A stretch of 64,000 nt of DNA from an uncultured Acidimicrobiales bacterium. Lineage in GTDB: Bacteria; Actinomycetota; Acidimicrobiia; Acidimicrobiales; SZUA-35. Below are positions 56,943 through 64,000 of the stretch, in pieces (position 1 is the stretch's first letter; each line of letters starts with the position of its first letter). A program made the translations under genes and the position numbers. The notes beneath the pieces were generated by a model. It was not told the DNA's origin. It worked only from the letters and a program-made list of their open reading frames with translations, and made no database searches. The stretch lies in the NCBI GenBank assembly GCA_963698395.1, contig CAVOQQ010000001.1:2284-66283 (forward strand). The letters are read 5' to 3'.

Positions 56943-58642
56943 TCATCCGACGTGGATCGTGCCGGTGTCGCCGTCGACGTGGAGGATCGTGCCGTCGCTC
57001 ACGGCGGTGATGCCGGGGGCGCTCATCACTGCGGGGATGCCGAGCTCGCGGGCGACGATGGCGGCGTGGCTTTGCACCGCGCCGGTGTCGCACACCACGG
57101 CGACGGCGCTGAGGAAGAGCGGCGTCCACGACGGGTCGGTGATCGAGCAGACCAGGACGTCGCCGGGTTCGAGCCCTCGTGGGTCGGCCGGATCCTGGAT
57201 GACGCGGGCCGGGCCGGAGGCTGTTCCGCCGCTGACGGCGATGCCCGTGATGAGGGTGCCGGCTGCGGGTCGTTCGGTCGTGACGTCGTCGCGGAGCGGC
57301 CAGGTCGAGGGGTCGGGGATCCGGGAGTCGAACCACGGCGGCGGGATGCGCTGGTTGAGGTAGTCCGCCCGAGCTGCTCGTTCCGCGATCACGGCGCTGA
57401 AGGCAGCGGGCCGGGTGAGGTAGCCGGCCAGTTCGTCGATGGTGACGCAGAAACCGTTGCGGGGATCGCTTGGCCCGCCCCGCTCGGCCGCTCGGCGAAC
57501 CAGTTCGTGTAGAACGAGTCGGGCGCCAAGGTTCTCGAGCACCATGATGTCCTTGGCCCGCTCCCGGGCGATCGCACCCTGCCGGGCCACCATCGCGCTT
57601 CGTCGCAACAGCCATCGCGCCGGTCGTGGTACGAGCCGGAGCGCTTCATCCAGGGCCTGGTCGGCGTCGGCTGCCAAGTGCTGCGACGCTGACGACGGGG
57701 TCTCGTTCCTCGGGGGCATGGCGGAGGCGGTCGATGGCGGCGTACACGGGCGCCGGGTCCATGACCCATGCGGGTGTGGCGAGTTCGTACTCGTCGTTGC
57801 CTCGGTGTCCATGATCGGCGAGAAACGCGTCGATCGCCGGCTGTAGATCCGTGTCGGCGGTACGCTCCGCGATCCGGTCGAGCCCCTCGTCGAATGCGGC
57901 CCCCAGGCGTTGGTCGTTGGCCACGATGCGGCCCAGTAGCCACATCCGTTGGGCGAGTTGTGCGGAGTCGACGTCGCCGGTGCCGCTCACGATCCGGTTG
58001 GCCAATCCCGGGGGTGCCTGTCGCGGTTCGAGGAGCTGATCGAGGATCCCGCGTGGGGCACCGGCGAACATGGCCGCCTGCAGGAGTCGCTTCATGCTGG
58101 CCGCTTGGCGAGCCGGGAAGTCGTCGAGCCATTCCAGGAGCTGCTGGTCGGGTGTTGCGGCGAGATCGGGCATCGTGGCCAACCACCGCTGGGCGTCGTT
58201 TCGAGCGGCGGCGAGGAACTCGAGGTCGGGCCGGCGCAGCAGTCTCGTCGAGTAGCGCACGGTCGCCAACGACGCTGCGAGATTGCGGTCGCCCTTCCTC
58301 GGTTCATAGGGCGGTACTCCTTCGACGGCGCCCATGACCTGTTCGTCGGCGTCGCGCCAGGTCATTCCTGGCATGCGGACGCCGAAGAGCCGCATCGCGG
58401 ATCCGTTCATGTACAGGTAGCCGCCGAAGACACCGGTCGTTGCCGAAGGGCCCTTGACCTCACCGCGACGCAGCACCCCCATCTCGACCAAGACCTCGGA
58501 CTGGGCCTGGCGTATCGCATCGCCGATCAGCGTGCCGGTGAGCGGTGTGATGACGTGGGGGAACACTTCGCCGACGTTGCCGCGGGTGTAGAGCGTGAAA
58601 CGCTCGTTCGGCTCGGTGTCGGTTACCCAGATTCGCTGTCAT
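56943..58642 (-). pseudogene. PEP-utilising-enzyme family protein (rifampicin-phosphotransferase/PEP-synthase-like), at least 2 frameshifts
   Basis: The ATG at 58642 overlaps the upstream stop (ATGA), but the real frame (QRIWVTDTEPNERFTLYTRGNVGEVFPHVITPL) differs within a few codons. The middle part lies in ORF 57646..58566. The C-terminal swivel domain (GIAVSGGTASGPARV...TGAVQSHAAIVARELGIPAV) lies in ORF 56943..57812. Confidence 0.8.
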
Positions 58643-59330
58643 CGTTCATCTCCGTTCGTCAGTTCCGGCACTCGCCCCGAGAAGAGCCCGACACAGCCGA
58701 CGACGCTGACCTCGGTGTCGGTCAGGTGCTGCGCCAGGGCCCACTTCAATCCTTCGAGGTCGTCGTCGGTGTTGGAGAAGATCCCGTGCCGGTTGTTGCG
58801 GGCCATGACCTGTCTCGCCATCCAATTCCGTCGCACGCCACCGTGGAGAAGCGTCGCCCCGAACACCGTGGCGCCGGGGTTGGCGAGCGCTTTCAGGTGC
58901 TCGAAGACGACGGCCTTGGTCCGGATGGTGCCGGGGACACAATGCAGAAGGTAGTTCAGTGCCGATCGAGTCGAACTGTCTCGGTGTCGATCGTCACGGG
59001 TTCGAGGACGTTCGCCTCGTAGGTCTCGGGCCGGTATCGAGCGACCCGATCAGCAGCAACCTCCAGGCAGGCGGTGTTGAGGTCCATGAGCGCAAGGCGA
59101 GGCGGGGTGGATGGGTAGGTGCAGCGGTCGAGGAAGTAGCCGGTGCCGACACCGACGTCGAGATGGTTCCCCGACACGTGGGCGTTGTAGTGATCGAGCA
59201 CTCGTCGCGCCGGGCATCTCCAGGCAACCCGCGAGAAGTACCCGAGGATGGCCAGGTCGTAGACGGCGAGCGAGCGTTTCGTGTAGAACGAGTGCCCCGC
59301 GGCGATCTCTTCAGGCGACGGTTTCGTCAC
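58639..59330 (-). pseudogene. class I SAM-dependent methyltransferase with two closely spaced frameshifts (~58,940-58,960)
   Basis: The N-terminus lies in ORF 58956..59330 (LDVGVGTGYFL). The reading then needs FDSIG / LNYLLHCVPGTIR in two further frames. The C-terminus lies in ORF 58639..58866. Confidence 0.7.
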
Positions 59331-59378
59331 GGAGCACCTCTTCTTGTGGCCGTCATGGTGAGTTCCTCTCGCTAGTGC

Positions 59379-59780
59379 TCAGCCGGATTGGGAGAACGCG
59401 ATCACGACGAAGACCGCCATCCACGCCAAGAGCAGGACAACCGCGATCGCAAAGACCGTCCGCAGCATTCTCGGAGCGGGTCCGTCATCGGCGATGGCCG
59501 TGTCGCCGGTCGCACGGCCAGACGCGTCGACACCGGCGTCGTGGCCTGCCGGCGGTGGTTCGGGGGATCCCGGTGTGAATGGGCCGCACTGGTCGCTGCT
59601 CAGTCGCCGCCACGCCTCGGTCACCGCGGCGATCTCGCCGTGTGCGCCCAGGTCGTCGGCGCCGCCCCGGTCAGGATGCAGAGCTCGCATCCGATCCCGG
59701 TAGGCGATCCGGATCTCATCGATCGACGCGTCCGGCGGCACCCCCAACACTGCACAGGCGTCGGTCCGGGTCGTCATCAT
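59379..59780 (-). CDS. J-domain (DnaJ-like) protein with C-terminal TM helix
   Basis: DACAVLGVPPDASIDEIRIAYRDRMRALHPDRGG (HPD motif). C-terminal MLRTVFAIAVVLLLAWMAVFVVIAF. Confidence 0.8.
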   Translation of the reverse strand: MMTTRTDACAVLGVPPDASIDEIRIAYRDRMRALHPDRGGADDLGAHGEIAAVTEAWRRLSSDQCGPFTPGSPEPPPAGHDAGVDASGRATGDTAIADDGPAPRMLRTVFAIAVVLLLAWMAVFVVIAFSQSG

Positions 59781-60551
59781 GCGAGCTCCCCCACATCACG
59801 CGCCAACGCGATCAGGCCGGCAACCGCGACGGCCAACCACACACCCCGAACGGCCACGCGCAGCCCGAATGGCACGTCGCCGATCGCTCGACCGAGCGAC
59901 GAACGGGCACCCACACCGCCAGAACGAGAAGCGCTGGTACCGCGACGAACAGCACGGCTGGGAACCCTGCGATGAGCACCAGCGGCAACGCCCAGCGTCG
60001 ACGGCCGACCTTCGTCCACGAGTCCGTCGGAAGCGACGCGGTCCACCCCGAGACCGATCGCCACGGCGAACAACGCTGGCAAGGCCACGAACAGCCCGAT
60101 GGCCAGCCACAGCGGCTTCAACAACCGGAAGTCGACCCCGTCGGAATGCACCAACATCGAGCCGACAACGGCCCCCGAGGCCGCAGCGGTCGTCAAACGC
60201 CGAAACCAGGCCGGGCCCAACAGCCAAGGGGCGACCGCCCGATACGCAGCCGCACCGATGACGCCGACACTCGCACCCAACAACAACAGGTTGTAGGTCC
60301 CGCCGAAGGTGAAGCGACCGATGGTGAACCCATCGTCACTGGTGACCCCGACGACTCGATTCAGGCGACGTCAGCCGCAACAGCAACATCGCCAACCGGC
60401 TCCCGACCCCTACCACCAGCACCCCCACCGTGACACCGGCGACCACCAGCACACGGAACCGCTCGAACACCTCAGAGCGCACGTCACCGGTCGCCGGCGC
60501 GGCAACACGTTCGAGGCCGGACTCAGCGATCATCCGAGGCGACGTCGTCAT
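59777..60551 (-). pseudogene. polytopic membrane protein with local frame disruptions
   Basis: The ATG at 60551 overlaps the upstream stop (ATGA). MTTSPRMIAESG...VLVVAGVTVGVLVVGVG, then VVGVTSDDGFTIGRFTFGGTYNLLLLGASVGVIGAAAY in the frame of ORF 59777..60286. A TM stretch (RRRWALPLVLIAGFPAVLFVAVPALLVLAVWV) is only readable in a third frame. Confidence 0.5.
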
Positions 60552-60991
60552 CGGATCCGCACTCCACGGGCGCCGACACTCGCCCATAGGGCAACCCCGG
60601 CAAGGACCGGCACCGCAGCCAGCGAGCCGATCAGGGCCACTCGATCCAGGCCCGCGATTCCCTCCAGATGCGCGCCGTGATACCAGAGGTGACCCGACCC
60701 TTGGACGAGCCAGGCAACCGACACCGCCGCGGCCGCACCCGTTGCCCTCCACGCGGTCCATCCCGTCACGACGATCAGCGCCACGAACAGGAGCCCGACG
60801 TCGCGCACGAGATGCTCGTCGTACAAGGCCCCATCGGCGGCGATCCAGCCCCGTCCCAGCGGAAAGCCGTCGAAGAACGATCGGGGAGCCAACGTCGCCT
60901 GCATCCCGACCGGCAACATGAACACTGCGATCGCGGCCAGGCAACCACGCGCCACCAACGGTGTCGGTTCCGCCCGTCCCGAATCAGTCAT
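60548..60991 (-). CDS. membrane protein, unknown function
   Basis: The ATG at 60991 has GGAGG 9 nt upstream. MTDSGRAEPTPLVARGCLAAIAVFMLPVG...DVGLLFVALIVVTGW... Confidence 0.6.
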   Translation of the reverse strand: MTDSGRAEPTPLVARGCLAAIAVFMLPVGMQATLAPRSFFDGFPLGRGWIAADGALYDEHLVRDVGLLFVALIVVTGWTAWRATGAAAAVSVAWLVQGSGHLWYHGAHLEGIAGLDRVALIGSLAAVPVLAGVALWASVGARGVRIR

Positions 60992-61228
60992 CCAGATCCC
61001 CTCCTTCGCGATGGTGAGCAGTAGCCCGAGCCCCTCCCGAGATTCGGACCTTTCAAACAAGCAGACGTCTCAACCACCGACACCGGGTGACATCGGCAGT
61101 CGCCAAACGACGAAATGAGGATGGTGTGAACACCCAGCGAGCGTCGGCCCCGTCCGTAAGTGAGTCGATGCCCCGATGCCCCGATCACCCGAACCACTGG
61201 ACTCGGGAGACCACCAACGGGTGCGGTG

Positions 61229-61811
61229 TCATGACGGGATCACTGGAGGTCGGCGAGTCGTGAGGCGCATCAGTCCGAGCAGGAGCCCGACACCGGTCAG
61301 GATCAGTCCCAGGAACACGATCAGTAGCCCGGCGAACCAGGCTTCGACGCCGGCTTCGGCGGCGACGATGACGCCCCCGAGGAGGACCGGCCCGGCGAGT
61401 ACGAGCTTCCACCAATGCTCGGTCTGGATCGATGCGCCCGCCGGAGCAGCTCGCTGCCAGGTGATCGCCGCCATGGTTCCGGCGAGGAGGGTGACGATGA
61501 GGCCGACGATGAGCAACGCAATGCTCGTTCCGCCGGCGATGGCGAGTACGGCTCCGGCGCCGGCAACAGCGGTGTAGATGAGTGGGATGAGAAGTGATGG
61601 GTTTCGTCTCATGTGTAGCTCCAGGTGTTGCGTGGGAATCGAGATCGCGAAGGTCGACGACGACACGTGATGCGACTCGCCAGCCGGGTTCGTCGTCGCA
61701 ACTGTCTCGCACGAGTTGCACCATGTCGGCGCCGTACTCGTCGCGGAACGTGCGTGGGTACAACGCAACCAGTGCGCCGTAGGCCCGCACGATCGCTGGG
61801 TCGGCGTTCAT
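61229..61811 (-). pseudogene. membrane protein (LYPRxFRxEYG N-terminal motif) with one apparent frameshift (~61,650)
   Basis: MNADPAIVRAYGALVALYPRTFRDEYGADMVQLV lies in ORF 61185..61811. The TM-rich remainder lies in ORF 61229..61768. Confidence 0.55.
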
Positions 61812-62285
61812 GCGAACGCTCCGCCATCGAGTGATCGGGTCACCCGATCGACCAGGGTCCGCAGGCGAGCCAGTTCGAGCACTGCACTGAGGCCGTTCCG
61901 TTGAGCGCAGCGCTGGCCAGCGCTGCGTTTGCTGCGCTCATGGATGCAGCGCCTGGCCGGAGCGGTCGAGTGAAGTCATCGACCACGTGTACAAGGTGCC
62001 TTCCTCGCAGGCTTCGAAGCGGTGTGTCGCGACACCAATCGCTGGACGTCCAGGCCTGACCGATCGGAACGCCGTTCGTTCCCCCGGCTCCCATTCGATC
62101 GTCTCACTCACGATCTTCAGCGGCAGGCCCAGCATCTTCATGTGAATGATGTTCCGGACCCCGAGGGCCATGGTCCCGCCTTCGGGGGCGTAGCTGAGGA
62201 CGGCCGGATCGATGATCGGAGCGGTCGCTGGTTCGGCCAGGAACCAGAACACCTGCGAAGGCGTCGCGTGAATACTCGTCGTCAC
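61808..62285 (-). pseudogene. SRPBCC (START/polyketide-cyclase-like) domain protein, about 2 frameshifts
   Basis: GTG at 62285. VTTSIHATPSQVFWFLAEPATAPIIDP...IEWEPGERTAFRSV...GTLYTWSM lies in ORF 61938..62981. The C-terminal ...LELARLRTLVDRVTRSLDGGAFA is in another frame, and its stop overlaps the next ATG. Confidence 0.55.
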
Positions 62286-62299
62286 AGAAAACCCGCGGT

Positions 62300-62956
62300 T
62301 CAACGTCGTGTCTCCGACAGGTCGGAAGTCTCGAGTCCGATGGTTTCGGTGGGCACGCTTTCCGCGGTCGATCGTGGAGTGAGGGTTGGCCCGACGGCCC
62401 AGACGGTGGCGGCGTAGGTTGCGGCGAAGAGAGCGAATCCGGCGAGAGCTCTGGTTTCGAGAAGGCGGTCGACCCCTTCTTCGCTGAGGGTCATGCCGAC
62501 GAATCCGATCATGTTGGCCGCGGCGAGCGCGGCCAAGGTGGCTCGTTTCCAGCGTCGCCACGTGGTCTGCCAGAGTGCGAGTGCTCCGAACCAGAGGAAC
62601 GGCAGCATGAGCACTCCGGGTCCGCCACCAAGCAGCACAAGGGAGAGCCCGCCGATGAGCCGGGTGGGGACGGTGACCCATTGCCGAGTCGTTCGGCTCC
62701 TGACCGCAGCGACCACACTCTGCACAAGGCCGAAGACGGCGAAGATGCCGACGATGAGGAGGGTGCCGGACCACGTGAATTCTGGGTCCTCGGTCAGGAG
62801 CCGCATGAAGGCACGTGCGGCGACTCCGAGACTGACGCCCGTGGTCAGCCCGATGCCGAGCTGGGCAGCGATCGACCCTTGACGAATCGGCGAGACGGGC
62901 TTGTAACGATGATCGTGGGAGGTGTGTTGGTGATCGTGGACAGCGAAGGTGCTCAT
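62300..62956 (-). CDS. His-rich N-terminus polytopic membrane protein
   Basis: ATG at 62956 in ORF 62300..63181. MSTFAVHDHQHTSHDHRYKP, then 5-6 TM segments. Confidence 0.6.
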   Translation of the reverse strand: MSTFAVHDHQHTSHDHRYKPVSPIRQGSIAAQLGIGLTTGVSLGVAARAFMRLLTEDPEFTWSGTLLIVGIFAVFGLVQSVVAAVRSRTTRQWVTVPTRLIGGLSLVLLGGGPGVLMLPFLWFGALALWQTTWRRWKRATLAALAAANMIGFVGMTLSEEGVDRLLETRALAGFALFAATYAATVWAVGPTLTPRSTAESVPTETIGLETSDLSETRR

Positions 62957-63026
62957 ACCCGACAGACGGATTGCCGGGCATGTGCGGGTGACGTCTACCG
63001 ACTCGTGGGTTGAGGAGGAATTGGCG

Positions 63027-63692
63027 TCATGGTCGATCGTCGGACTCGTTCTGGTCAAAGTCGCGATCGCCGAGGTCACGTGATGCGACCTCGCGCATCT
63101 GTTGATCGAGCCTGCGGTTGAGGGTGAGCAATCGACCGATGATCGGGAGGACGAGCAGGTTGATGCCGTGCAGGAGGCCAATGATCAAGAGGATCCCGCC
63201 GACACGAACGATGGTGTGCTCGACCTGGTCTGCCCCAACCGTGGCGGACCATTCCCGTGGTCGGTCGATGGTGGTGGTGAACAGGATGTACGCGGAGAAG
63301 ATGAGGTAATAGGCGAAGTCGGTGAGCACGATGAAACTCTTGCCAGTGGAGGGGTTCGATCGAAACACATCGGCGGCGTAGCTGCGGCCAAAGCGTTTGA
63401 TGAACGGTCCGAGGATCAACGCGATGGCTGCGAGGAGCGCGAAGGCTCCGAGTTCGAGGATCCACCAGTTCATGTGAGGTTCTCCTTGTCGGTAGACGAG
63501 TGCAGTGAGCGTTGCGATGGCTGCGGCAGCAAGCGTGCCGATGATGATGAGGCGGCGGTTCCGGGTTCGTCTGCGTCGGCGGTCGACGTCGATTCCGGTG
63601 CGGATGCGGGCGAAGAGGTCGTCGGAGGGTTCGGTTCGGGTGCCGGCGTCGTGGAGGGCGTCGGTGAGGAGGCGTTCGAGGCGGCTGGTCAT
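63027..63692 (-). CDS. putative anti-sigma factor / membrane protein
   Basis: 221 aa. Cytoplasmic N-terminus, an RRRRR stop-transfer and several TM helices. Its ATG overlaps the sigma-factor stop (ATGA). Confidence 0.6.
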   Translation of the reverse strand: MTSRLERLLTDALHDAGTRTEPSDDLFARIRTGIDVDRRRRRTRNRRLIIIGTLAAAAIATLTALVYRQGEPHMNWWILELGAFALLAAIALILGPFIKRFGRSYAADVFRSNPSTGKSFIVLTDFAYYLIFSAYILFTTTIDRPREWSATVGADQVEHTIVRVGGILLIIGLLHGINLLVLPIIGRLLTLNRRLDQQMREVASRDLGDRDFDQNESDDRP

Positions 63693-64000
63693 CGATCCTC
63701 CTCGAGGAGTGAGGCCCGGTCGGTGGTGGTTCGCAGTGTTGCGAGTCCTCGTTTGAGGTGGGTCTTGACCGAGTTGGGTGACAGTCCGAGGGTGTCGGCG
63801 ATCTCGGCGACAGTGAGTTCGAGTAGGTAGTGCAGCGCGATGCAGTCTCGCTGTCGTCGGGGAAGTTTGCGGAGCCCGCTGACGAGGTGGGCGTGGTCGT
63901 GGTGGTGGGTGAGGGTCTCGTCGATTCCGACCGGGTCGAGGTCGTCGGCGCGTGCCGCATGCCGTAGGGCGAGCAGGCCGCGGTCGATTGTGGTCGCGTG
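63689..64000 (-). CDS. ECF (sigma-70 family) sigma factor, partial (5' end beyond window)
   Basis: My translation of the reverse strand from nt 64000 gives ...LRKLPRRQRDCIALHYLLELTVAEIADTLGLSPNSVKTHLKRGLATLR...EEDR*, a region-4 HTH. Not in the ORF track because it is truncated by the window edge. Confidence 0.75.
   Translation of the reverse strand, partial: HATTIDRGLLALRHAARADDLDPVGIDETLTHHHDHAHLVSGLRKLPRRQRDCIALHYLLELTVAEIADTLGLSPNSVKTHLKRGLATLRTTTDRASLLEEDR

Noticed and set aside
61166-61185. 8-bp tandem repeat CGATGCCC x2.5
   Set aside because: It is too short and isolated to be meaningful. It lies in an intergenic spacer.
1-64000. CRISPR arrays, rRNA genes, intact tRNA genes, IS elements with terminal inverted repeats, reverse transcriptase/retron or DGR signatures
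   Set aside because: I scanned by eye for regularly spaced direct repeats, GGTTCGA/GGTTCAA T-loop motifs on both strands, transposase-like ORFs (DDE) and RT motifs (YxDD). Only the two tRNA halves and the recombinase or integrase fragments listed above were found.

Overview
This is a high-GC (by eye about two-thirds G+C), densely coding, Actinomycetota-like chromosomal segment. All calls come from reading the ORF track and the DNA by eye; no search or folding tool was run.

Gene content is mostly accessory catabolism:
- molybdopterin oxidoreductase, Baeyer-Villiger monooxygenase and amidase
- PhyH- and TauD-type dioxygenases and a ThDP enzyme
- a 1206-aa indolepyruvate:ferredoxin oxidoreductase with a divergent Lrp regulator
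- a peptide/D-amino-acid cluster (MlrC, M19 dipeptidase, beta-lactamase-fold hydrolase, enolase-superfamily enzyme, FAD oxidase)
- an IlvD/Edd dehydratase

The window also holds three to four type II toxin-antitoxin loci, two paralogous NarL-type two-component pairs, two ECF sigma loci and two ABC exporters. I saw no rRNA, no intact tRNA and no CRISPR array.

Three observations stand out:
1. A five-member family of 100-190 bp repeats (near 7.5, 10.5, 41.9, 45.8 and 53.6 kb) lies at module boundaries. Two copies end in orphan 3' halves of initiator-type tRNA-Met. One copy sits beside a truncated tyrosine integrase. I read this as a decayed tandem array of tRNA-targeting integrative elements, one of which carries a sensor kinase/response regulator as cargo.
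2. An unusual number of genes can only be read with frameshifts. The worst case is a 4-kb ECF-sigma/anti-sigma/ABC operon that needs more than ten, while large neighbouring genes are intact. This is either clustered pseudogenisation or localised assembly indels.
3. A low-GC island (45.9-49.4 kb) starts exactly at one repeat. It encodes an RHH-like protein, an unknown protein and an AlbA_2/Schlafen-domain protein, a candidate defence-type module I cannot assign to any named system.
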